A stretch of 32,000 nt of DNA from Halomicronema hongdechloris C2206 (GTDB lineage: Bacteria > Cyanobacteriota > Cyanobacteriia > Phormidesmidales > Phormidesmidaceae): contig NZ_CP021983.2 of assembly GCF_002075285.3 (NCBI RefSeq), positions 2,160,001 to 2,192,000 on the forward strand. Reading direction: 5' to 3'. The position numbers and the translations under genes were made by a program. The first letter of the stretch is position 1; each line of letters begins with the position of its first letter. Of the stretch, positions 1 through 7,580 are shown in pieces. The notes under the pieces were generated by a model, which did not search any database, was not told the DNA's origin, and worked only from the letters and a program-made list of their open reading frames with translations.

Positions 1-286
1 GGAGACCATGCAGCAGTTTTTGCTAGAGCTGTGGCAGCGTCTAGGCATCAGCATTTTGATGATTACCCACGATGTGGCCGAGGCGGTGTTCCTGAGCCAG
101 CGCATCTATGTGTTATCGGCCAGCCCTGGCACCATCGCCCGAGAGTTGAGCATCGACCTGGGCCAACGGCGGGACTACGGCATCCGTCGCAGCTCCCAGT
201 TTCATCACTACTGCGAAGACATCATGGACCTGCTGCGGCAATCCCAACGGGCCACCTTTGGAGTGCCCCAGTCGATAGGACCATGA
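1..286 (+). CDS. ABC transporter ATP-binding protein, 3' part (5' end upstream of window); NitT/TauT-like
   Basis: The frame is open to the window edge. LMITHDVAEAVFLSQRIYVLSASPGTIARE is the H-loop and C-terminal region typical of nitrate/sulfonate/taurine-type ABC ATPases. The stop TGA at 284-286 overlaps the next ATG (ATGA). Confidence 0.8.
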   Translation, partial: ETMQQFLLELWQRLGISILMITHDVAEAVFLSQRIYVLSASPGTIARELSIDLGQRRDYGIRRSSQFHHYCEDIMDLLRQSQRATFGVPQSIGP

Positions 287-1305
287 CGGGTGCCGGTTGC
301 CCCTGTCCCGATACTTTTTTACTGCCGGCCCATCACTACACCGATGCCGCCTGGATGCAGCCGGAGTGCGATCGCATCTTCCGCCGCAGCTGGCAGTACC
401 TGCCCCAGGCCGCCCTGTTACAACCGCCCCACACCTGCCTGGGCCTTGAGGTGGCCGGTGCGCCCCTGGTGCTCACCCGTGATGGTCAGGGCCACCTACG
501 TGCCTTCTACAACGTCTGTCCCCACCGGGCCGCCCTGCTCTGCCCCACCTCAGGTCCCCACACCCAGAAGCACCTGGTATGCCCCTACCATGGCTGGACC
601 TACGACCTAACAGGCCAGCTGGTGGGCCTTCCCAGGGGCGATCGCTTCTCCCCAGAAGTCCAGCCGCAAGATTATCCCCTCACCCCAGTGCGGCTGGAGC
701 CGTGGCAGGGATTCTGGTTCCTCTGCCTCGATTTCCAAGCCCCACCCCTAGTGGAAGTGCTACAGCCTATCCCCCAGTGGATCCGTCAGCACCGTCGTGC
801 CGGCAGCCAACCCCTGGTGCACAAGACCTACAGCGTGGCCTGCAACTGGAAGGTCTATCACGACAATACCCTCTGTGACTATCACGTGGCCATCGCCCAT
901 CGCACCACCCTGCATAAGCTGCAAGGGCCGGTGCACCACTACCGCCACCATTTCCATCACTACGTCAACTGCCTCTATACCCCGACTCCTGCGGCTTGGC
1001 GAGACCGGCATCCCCGCCTTGAGGGCCTGGATGATGAGGCCGGCCACGGCTTCTATACCTTTGGCATCTTTCCCAACCTGCACTTGCTGGCCATGCCCGA
1101 TGGCGTGCTGGCCTGGATTCAGATTACGCCTCTGGCCGTCGATCGCTGCCAAGTCAGCCTCGATATCCACGGCATCCCTGGCCTCAGTCCCGCGGCAGAG
1201 ACCCTATTAGCCGACTTTGAAGCCTTCATGGCCGAGGATATGGCCATCACCCGCGGCGGTGCAGCGTGGTTACAGCAGTGGCTGCCACCCGTCCCGGTCC
1301 CGTGA
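283..1305 (+). CDS. Rieske [2Fe-2S] oxygenase (aromatic-ring-hydroxylating oxygenase alpha-subunit-like)
   Basis: The Rieske motif CPHR...(17 aa)...CPYHGW is present. I placed the start at ATG 283 (MTGAGCPC...), coupled to the upstream stop. The 31-282 part of the tracked ORF overlaps the ABC gene and is not credited as coding. Confidence 0.85.
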   Translation: MTGAGCPCPDTFLLPAHHYTDAAWMQPECDRIFRRSWQYLPQAALLQPPHTCLGLEVAGAPLVLTRDGQGHLRAFYNVCPHRAALLCPTSGPHTQKHLVCPYHGWTYDLTGQLVGLPRGDRFSPEVQPQDYPLTPVRLEPWQGFWFLCLDFQAPPLVEVLQPIPQWIRQHRRAGSQPLVHKTYSVACNWKVYHDNTLCDYHVAIAHRTTLHKLQGPVHHYRHHFHHYVNCLYTPTPAAWRDRHPRLEGLDDEAGHGFYTFGIFPNLHLLAMPDGVLAWIQITPLAVDRCQVSLDIHGIPGLSPAAETLLADFEAFMAEDMAITRGGAAWLQQWLPPVPVP

Positions 1306-1382
1306 ATCAGCTGGAAGCCCGGATCGTGCATCAGCAACGGCTGATCTGGCAAGCATTGGCAGGGTAGCCGGTTTTCTGCATT

Positions 1383-1401
1383 GGGCGCGGCAACCGCGCC
1401 C
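1383..1401 (+). terminator. GC-rich hairpin downstream of the Rieske gene (possible terminator)
   Basis: GGGCGCGG-caa-CCGCGCCC forms a perfect 8-bp stem. No clean T-run follows, so the call is weak. Confidence 0.25.
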
Positions 1402-1490
1402 CTACCCTATTCCCTATTCCGTTCTCCGCCCTCCCTTCGACTGCGTTGCTCCTACGGAGCCGCTTCGCGAACAGGGCAAGCCGTTCTCCG

Positions 1491-1612
1491 TTTTCCTTTT
1501 CCCCATCACCCCATCCACCTATCCACTCGTTCACTCGTCACTCGTCACTCGTCACGGGAAGCCGCTACCGCGTCTACACCCCATCACCCCATCACTCATC
1601 CACCCCCTCCCC
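1491..1612 (+). repeat. Pyrimidine-rich degenerate short-repeat tract (STRR-like) in the 5' leader of the AI-2E gene
   Basis: The CACTCGT heptamer occurs 4 times in 1524-1552 (three in tandem after a 1-nt gap). CCCCATCACCCCATC motifs lie at 1501-1515 and 1579-1593. The tract reads C/T-rich on the same strand as the downstream gene. Confidence 0.7.
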
Positions 1613-1656
1613 GATTCGGCACAATAAAGACAGCCTTGCTGCCATTTCCCAGCCCT

Positions 1657-2808
1657 ATGTCCCAACCTGAGTCTTCTACGTCTAACAGCATTGCCCTCTG
1701 GTGGGATACCCTGAGACCGCTGTCGCAATTGCTTGCGATCGCATTGGCTGCACCCCTAATTTTGCTGAATGCCTGGGCCTTTTCCCAGATCTTCGCCTAC
1801 TTCCGCTCCCTCTTCATTGCTGTGGTTATTGCAGCCCTGCTGGCCTTCTTGCTCAACTACCCCATTAGCTGGCTACAGCAACGGGGACTGGGGCGTGGGG
1901 CGGCGGCCGTCGTAGTGTTTCTGGTGGCGTTGGTGGGCTTTTTGTTGCTAGGCATTACCGTACTGCCCCTGGTGATCAGCCAAGCCCAGCAACTGGTGGC
2001 TAAACTGCCTGACTGGTTCGAATCAGGCAAGAGCCAGCTGCTGCTCCTGGATGAACGGCTGAAGATTTGGGGCCTGCCCTTCAACCTCGATGCCCTGGTG
2101 GCTCAGGTCAGCGACCGGCTCAAGGCGGAATTGCAAACCCTGGCCGGCGAAGCCCTCAATCTAACCGTTGGGGTGGCTGTCTTCACGGCCGGTAAGCTGC
2201 TGGATGTTTTGCTGACCTTGATCCTCACCTTCTACCTGCTGCTCAGCGGACCAGAGGTGTGGGCTAGCCTGATCAACTGGTTGCCCCCGACGGCCCGGAC
2301 AGCCTTTTCTAAGACCCTGCGGCGCAGCTTTCGCAACTATTTCACTGGCCAGTTGATTATCGCCAGCTGCCTAGGAGCGGCTCTGATGGCCGTGTTTCTG
2401 CTGCTAAACATTCCCTTCGCCCTGTTATTTGCCCTCACCATTGGGGGAATGGCTCTGATTCCCTTCGGCAGTACCGTGGGCATTGTGTTAGTGACTCTGC
2501 TGATGGCCTTGCGGGACATCGGCATTGCCGTGAAAATTTTCCTCGTGGCCGAAATCGTGCAGCAATCCGTTGATAACGGCCTCGCCCCCCGGGTACTGGG
2601 CAGTGTCACCGGGCTCAATCCCTTCTGGGTGCTGGTTGCCATTCTCTGTGGTGCCCGCATCGGTGGCCTGTTGGGGGTAGTTTTGGCCGTCCCCACAGCG
2701 GTGATTGTTAAGGATGGGTTGCGAGTCATCCGAGCTTTGGGACAGAGCCAGCCGTTACCGGAGGCCGAGCTCAGTGAGCTGGCCGACCCCGGTGGCCGCC
2801 ATCGCTAA
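1657..2808 (+). CDS. AI-2E family transporter (PerM/UPF0118-type membrane protein)
   Basis: This is a multi-TM protein with typical AI-2E blocks (...TFYLLLSGPEVW..., ...GLAPRVLGSVTGLNPFWVLVAIL...). I chose the start at ATG 1657 (MSQPESS) because the upstream part of the ORF is translated low-complexity repeat. Confidence 0.85.
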   Translation: MSQPESSTSNSIALWWDTLRPLSQLLAIALAAPLILLNAWAFSQIFAYFRSLFIAVVIAALLAFLLNYPISWLQQRGLGRGAAAVVVFLVALVGFLLLGITVLPLVISQAQQLVAKLPDWFESGKSQLLLLDERLKIWGLPFNLDALVAQVSDRLKAELQTLAGEALNLTVGVAVFTAGKLLDVLLTLILTFYLLLSGPEVWASLINWLPPTARTAFSKTLRRSFRNYFTGQLIIASCLGAALMAVFLLLNIPFALLFALTIGGMALIPFGSTVGIVLVTLLMALRDIGIAVKIFLVAEIVQQSVDNGLAPRVLGSVTGLNPFWVLVAILCGARIGGLLGVVLAVPTAVIVKDGLRVIRALGQSQPLPEAELSELADPGGRHR

Positions 2809-2924
2809 CCCTCCACCATGAATAAAATTGATGGCTGAGATGCGGTTTATGCTTGGTTTCAGCTGATCTATCGTTCCGAGGCCGATATGCTGGCCTGGCT
2901 CGAGACCTGGGCGACCGGGCAGGA

Positions 2925-4610
2925 TCACACCGGCAGGGCATAATCCACCAGCTGCAGCAACTTCTGGCGCAGGGTATCTAGGCCTAGCCGCCGAGTGGCC
3001 GAGACAAACACTGCCTGGGGAAACTCATCCTGGGCCAAGGCCAAGGCCTCACTCTCTACCCGATCCAGCTTGTTAAACACCAACAGGATTGGGCCGGGGG
3101 TAATGGGCATGTCTCGTAGGATGGCCATGACCGAGCGAATCTGCTCCTGCCAGGCTGGATGGGACAAATCCACCACATGCAGCAAGGCATCTGCCTCAGT
3201 GACCTCCTCCAGGGTGGCCCGAAAGGCATCGGTCAGGGAGGACGGCAGCGCCTCGATGAATCCCACCGTATCCGTCAACACCAGGGAGCGAGGTGTTTGG
3301 CTAGCCTGATCCAGCACCGTCAAGCGGCGGGTGGTTGGATCTAGGGTGGCAAAGAGTTGATCGGCTGCATACACCTCGGCATTGGTCAGCACATTCAGCA
3401 GGGTCGATTTGCCGGCGTTGGTATAGCCCACCACGGCAATCGAGGGCACCTCTTGGCGTTGACGCTGTTGCCGCAACCGGGCCCGATGGGCCTGCAAATG
3501 ATTTACCTCCTGTTGCAAGCGGGCGATGCGACGCTGAATCGCTCGGCGTTCCGTTTCTAACTTGGTTTCACCGGGCCCCCGGGTGCCAATGCCACCCCCT
3601 AGCCGAGACATGGCTTCGCCTCGTCCGGTCAGCCGGGGCAGTTGATACTCCAGTTGGGCCAGCTCTACCTGTAGTTTGCCGGCCCCAGTTTTGGCCCGCT
3701 GGGCGAAAATGTCTAGAATCAACTCCGTGCGATCGACCACCCGACTACCGAGCTGAGCTTCCAGGTTACGTACTTGGGCCGGCGATAAATCTCGGTCGAA
3801 GACGATCAGGTTAGCCCCCAGGGTCTGGGCGGTCAACGCCAGTTGTTGCACCTTCCCGGCTCCCAAAACCGTTTGGGGATGGGGGCGGCTGCGGCGCTGA
3901 TGCAGGGTCTCGAGGACATCGCCACCGGCACTGTCCACCAACCGCTGTAACTCCAGCAGGCGCGTCTGGAACTGGGCCTTGGAGTCATCGGCCACCCTCA
4001 CCCCCACTAGAACCACCCGGTCGTGGTCGCTATCCACCTGGCGGGCGATGAATTGGCGGCGAAATTCCTCTTCCAGACCGCTAGTCAAGGCTAAAAAGTC
4101 GTGTTTGACCAGCACATCTAAACTCAGGGCAGGGGAAACGGTCCAGCGTTCCTGGGGCTGGGGGACTAGGTGAGCTAAATAGGCCGCCTGGACATAGCCG
4201 GTGGCACCACCGCCACGCCGTTGAAAGCCGCTGCCGGACAGGGTCAATAGCACCAAGCCATCCAGGCGCTGCAGGGCCATGGCCGTGAGCACACTCTCCT
4301 TCGGCGTCTCCGGTTGCAGCTGGGTGGCCACGCAGCGAATGCCGCAGAGCCGTTCGGGCCCATATCGGGGCAGCTCCAGGGCGGGAATCTGGGTCTGCCG
4401 GGGGGTGCCTACCCCGACTCGAATTACCTGCCCGCGGCGATTGATATAGGCACACACAGGGGTATCCAGGTCGGTACTGACGGCCGCTAGCCGCTGGGCA
4501 AACTCAGCCGTGGTGATGCGATCGCTGGGTAGCCGTTGATGGTAGAGCCGCTGTAGTTGCTTCAGCTGACTGGGCTTCAGCCCCTTGAGATTGCCGTAAA
4601 TCGTTTCGAT
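2925..4610 (-). CDS. hflX: GTPase HflX
   Basis: G motifs are present: GYTNAGKSTLLN, DTVGF, NKLD. The first canonical start is GTG at 4457. Conserved in-frame coding (IETIYGNLKGLKPSQLKQLQRLYHQRLP...) continues up to ATC 4610 with no ATG/GTG/TTG, so the minimal ORF is 2925-4457. Confidence 0.9.
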   Translation of the reverse strand: METIYGNLKGLKPSQLKQLQRLYHQRLPSDRITTAEFAQRLAAVSTDLDTPVCAYINRRGQVIRVGVGTPRQTQIPALELPRYGPERLCGIRCVATQLQPETPKESVLTAMALQRLDGLVLLTLSGSGFQRRGGGATGYVQAAYLAHLVPQPQERWTVSPALSLDVLVKHDFLALTSGLEEEFRRQFIARQVDSDHDRVVLVGVRVADDSKAQFQTRLLELQRLVDSAGGDVLETLHQRRSRPHPQTVLGAGKVQQLALTAQTLGANLIVFDRDLSPAQVRNLEAQLGSRVVDRTELILDIFAQRAKTGAGKLQVELAQLEYQLPRLTGRGEAMSRLGGGIGTRGPGETKLETERRAIQRRIARLQQEVNHLQAHRARLRQQRQRQEVPSIAVVGYTNAGKSTLLNVLTNAEVYAADQLFATLDPTTRRLTVLDQASQTPRSLVLTDTVGFIEALPSSLTDAFRATLEEVTEADALLHVVDLSHPAWQEQIRSVMAILRDMPITPGPILLVFNKLDRVESEALALAQDEFPQAVFVSATRRLGLDTLRQKLLQLVDYALPV

Positions 4611-4938
4611 ATGCCTCGCCTCCGGACAGGTAGCTAGGAGAAATCGATGTGCCCCATATTTTATCGAGTTCTGCTGAAAACGGCGGCCAACTTAACCAGA
4701 ACTAATACATTTGACCTGACGAATCAGGGGTAGACGTAATGGTAGGTTAATTTTCGCCACCAGAGACTAGGTCTCTAGTGCTCTAGTTCGCAACTGCCCA
4801 AACCCTTGCAGTATCTTGGCCTCGGTCAGGGGCACATTGAAAAGCGAGCCGATTCGGTCTATAACTCTGCTATACCCTGTCCACTTGGGTGTATTCTGAA
4901 CAGGTGTTATTTGCGGGAAAGTTTCCCTGGACGTTGAT

Positions 4939-5415
4939 ATGAGCACGGAATTACAGTCGGAATCGACTACCCCTGAGCCAGATAATACGGCTACCCCTGA
5001 GCCAGATAATACGGCCACCCCTGAGCCAGATAGTACGACTACCCCCAGTCCATCCTCTGACTCGACCCCATTTTCCGGTACCAGTGAAATTCCCCAGCAG
5101 CTGCAGCAGATCTGGGACAAGGTATCGGGGTGGTTGGGCAATCTACCTGACTATGTCACCGATTTCTTTCAGGAATATCGGCGTCCTATTATCACCATTG
5201 CCCTGCTAGTGGCGGCAGTGGTGTCGGTGAAGGTAGTGCTGGCCATCTTGGGCGCCGTCAGCGAGATTCCCCTGCTATCGCCCACCTTCGAGCTGATTGG
5301 GTTAGGCTACAGCGGCTGGTTTATCTACCGCTACCTGCTGCGGGCTTCGAACCGCCGGGAGTTGATGGAAGACATCAATTCTCTCAGAGATCAGGTGATG
5401 GGTAAGCACTCCTGA
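4939..5415 (+). CDS. CAAD domain-containing protein (CurT/CURT1-like thylakoid membrane protein)
   Basis: The C-terminal block LPDYVTDFFQEYRRPIITIALLVAAVV...PLLSPTFELIGLGYSGWFIYRYLLRASNRREL matches the CAAD/CURT1 two-helix domain. The N-terminus is an acidic T/P/E/D-rich repeat. Confidence 0.8.
   Translation: MSTELQSESTTPEPDNTATPEPDNTATPEPDSTTTPSPSSDSTPFSGTSEIPQQLQQIWDKVSGWLGNLPDYVTDFFQEYRRPIITIALLVAAVVSVKVVLAILGAVSEIPLLSPTFELIGLGYSGWFIYRYLLRASNRRELMEDINSLRDQVMGKHS
4969..5040 (+). repeat. 3 x 24-bp in-frame tandem repeat inside the CAAD gene
   Basis: The unit ACCCCTGAGCCAGATAATACGGCT occurs three times; the third copy is slightly diverged. It encodes TPEPDNTA/TPEPDNTA/TPEPDSTT. Confidence 0.9.
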
Positions 5416-5519
5416 CCACACGGGCAGGGGTGCGGAAAACCGCCTCGACCCTATCCCTGCTGTCTGGGAAGCGGCGACTCTATACTGAAAAGAGATTGCC
5501 CTAACCAGGAAGGAAACTC

Positions 5520-6839
5520 ATGGCGCCCAATCCAACGGTCATGCAGGCGGTCGAATCCCTCGACTACCGGGTCACGGTGGGGGATGTGGCGGCCCAGGCT
5601 GGCTTAGACCTGAACCAGGCCCGTCAGGGATTATTGGCTTTGGCCAGCGATACCCAAGCCCATCTGCAGGTGTCTGAGTCTGGGGAGATTGCCTACGAGT
5701 TTCCTCGTAATTTTCGGGCGGTTCTGCGCAACAAGTTTTGGCGCTTGCGACTGCGGGAGACCTGGGAACGGGTTTGGCATGTCCTGTTCTACCTGATTCG
5801 CATTTCCTTCGGGATCTTGCTGATCGTCTCCATCGTCTTGATTTTCGTCACCATTGCCATTTTGGTGATCGCTCTCAACTCTTCTCGCGACGGTGATGAT
5901 CGCGGTGGTGGTGGTCCCCGTGGCGGTGGCTTCATCTTCTTGCCACGCATCTGGTTCGGGCCGGATCTCTTCTGGTTTTTTGACTTCGATAGCACTCCCC
6001 GCCGTCGCCGCCGCCATCTGACTGACGACAGCGAGATGAATTTCTTCGAGGCGGTGTTCTCCTTCCTGTTTGGGGATGGCGACCCCAATGCGGAGTTGGA
6101 GGATCGTCGCTGGGCTGCGATCGCATCGGTGATTCGCAACCACAATGGTGCCGTTGCGGCCGAGCAGATCGCTCCGTTTCTCGACGATCTGGGCAGTGGC
6201 TGGTCCCGGGAAAACGAGGACTTCATGCTGCCGGTGCTGAGCCGCTTCGATGGCCGTCCTGAAGTCAGTCCCCAGGGGGGCTTGATCTACCACTTCCCCG
6301 ACCTGCAGGTGATGGCCAGCGAGCGACCTAGGGGGCGGGTATCCAGCTATCTGCAAGAGCAATCCTACCGCTTCAGCCAGGCCAGTTCGGGCCAGATCAT
6401 GCTGTCCATCGGCCTGGGGTCGATTAACTTCATCGGGGCCTTGGTATTGGGCAACCTACTGCAAGACCAGGCCCTGGTGGCAGAATTGGGCGGTTTAGTC
6501 GCCTTCGTTAACTCGATCTACTGGTTACTGCTGGGCTACGGTACCGCCTTCCTGGGGGTGCCTCTGGTTCGCTATTTCTGGGTGCAATGGCGTAATGGCA
6601 AAATTGAGCACCGCAACAACCAGCGGCAGCAGCGGGTGCAGGCACTGACCCAGCCGGATAGCGAATTGCAAGAAAAGCTGGCTTTCGCCCAACAGTTTGC
6701 TGAGAAGACCATTGTCGGCAAAGACGATTTGGCTTACACCACCGAAAAAGACCTGACCGAGCAAGAGTTCGAGCAATCCGACAAGATCGACGCCGAGTGG
6801 CAGCGGCGACTGCAGGAATACAAGTCAAACAATCCCTAA
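5520..6839 (+). CDS. Conserved membrane protein of unknown function
   Basis: A 439-aa ORF with a hydrophobic segment (LFYLIRISFGILLIVSIVLIFVTIAILVIAL), a G/R-rich low-complexity linker, further TM segments (res ~295-345) and a charged C-terminal tail. I do not recognise the family with confidence. Confidence 0.75.
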   Translation: MAPNPTVMQAVESLDYRVTVGDVAAQAGLDLNQARQGLLALASDTQAHLQVSESGEIAYEFPRNFRAVLRNKFWRLRLRETWERVWHVLFYLIRISFGILLIVSIVLIFVTIAILVIALNSSRDGDDRGGGGPRGGGFIFLPRIWFGPDLFWFFDFDSTPRRRRRHLTDDSEMNFFEAVFSFLFGDGDPNAELEDRRWAAIASVIRNHNGAVAAEQIAPFLDDLGSGWSRENEDFMLPVLSRFDGRPEVSPQGGLIYHFPDLQVMASERPRGRVSSYLQEQSYRFSQASSGQIMLSIGLGSINFIGALVLGNLLQDQALVAELGGLVAFVNSIYWLLLGYGTAFLGVPLVRYFWVQWRNGKIEHRNNQRQQRVQALTQPDSELQEKLAFAQQFAEKTIVGKDDLAYTTEKDLTEQEFEQSDKIDAEWQRRLQEYKSNNP

Positions 6840-7555
6840 CTTTGTTTCTCTTCTAAGGCAGTGATGTAGTTTGCGATCGCATGATCTTGGACACCACGGC
6901 TAAAAATATTCCAACGCAGGGCCAAAGCCCCCAAAGGTTGTTCCTGGGGCACATGGGCATAGCCCATCCAAACCCGCGGCAGGTGGGTGATCAGATCCCG
7001 GCCATAGACGAAGCGATAACTCTGGGGCACTCGGCCTCGAAACGACTCGGTTAAGGCCCGATTCCCCACCCGAGGCGACCCATAGCTGTAGACCGATATC
7101 TCCTGGTTAGACTGACTGGTGACGTTGTACTGCAGATCCAGGGCGGCAACGGTGGCCAAGGCGCCGCCCAGACTGTGGCCGGTGGCAATGATGCGCTGAC
7201 TCGAGAGGCCCCGAACCACCTCCTGCAGTTGCTCTCGCACTGCAAAATAGGCATCCATAAACCCCCGGTGAAATTTCACCTCGCTATTGCCATCACCGTA
7301 GGGATACACCTGTTGCCGAAACAGCACATTCGTAATCCAATCGGTTGAGGATTCACTGCCCCGAAACACCACAAACACCGCCTCTTCCTCGGCATCATGG
7401 AGCACGGCCACCTCCGTATCGTGCTCTTTGCTGTGGCCCTCCAAGAGAGTAATGACTGCTTGGGGCAGGGTTTCAAACGTCAGCTCGTTGTTGAAGGCGC
7501 GATAGACTTCCTGGGACAGGCGGGCACATTTTAGGGCAAGGGCATAGTCAACCAT
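6836..7555 (-). CDS. Class 3 (fungal-type) lipase family protein
   Basis: The nucleophile elbow is GHSLGGALA, preceded by VVFRGSESSTDW. I preferred ATG 7555 because GAGGAA lies about 8 nt upstream and it sits 26 nt after the peptidase stop. The tracked TTG at 7594 would overlap the peptidase. Confidence 0.8.
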   Translation of the reverse strand: MVDYALALKCARLSQEVYRAFNNELTFETLPQAVITLLEGHSKEHDTEVAVLHDAEEEAVFVVFRGSESSTDWITNVLFRQQVYPYGDGNSEVKFHRGFMDAYFAVREQLQEVVRGLSSQRIIATGHSLGGALATVAALDLQYNVTSQSNQEISVYSYGSPRVGNRALTESFRGRVPQSYRFVYGRDLITHLPRVWMGYAHVPQEQPLGALALRWNIFSRGVQDHAIANYITALEEKQS

Positions 7556-7580
7556 GGTAGAGTTCCTCAACGAAGGATGA

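Noticed and set aside
31-282. The 5' extension of the 424-aa tracked ORF upstream of the Rieske domain.
   Set aside because: It overlaps the ABC ATPase gene in another frame and its translation is Pro/Arg/His-rich nonsense. The Rieske protein has a well-placed ATG at 283 coupled to the upstream stop.
5631-6362. Long antisense ORFs opposite real genes: this one, plus 12499-13209, 13448-13912, 14267-15037, 760-1170, 2337-2729 and 31582-31839.
   Set aside because: These are typical shadow ORFs of a GC-rich genome. Their translations are low-complexity (G/P/R/H/Q-rich) with no recognisable motifs, and each lies opposite a gene with strong homology-type motifs.
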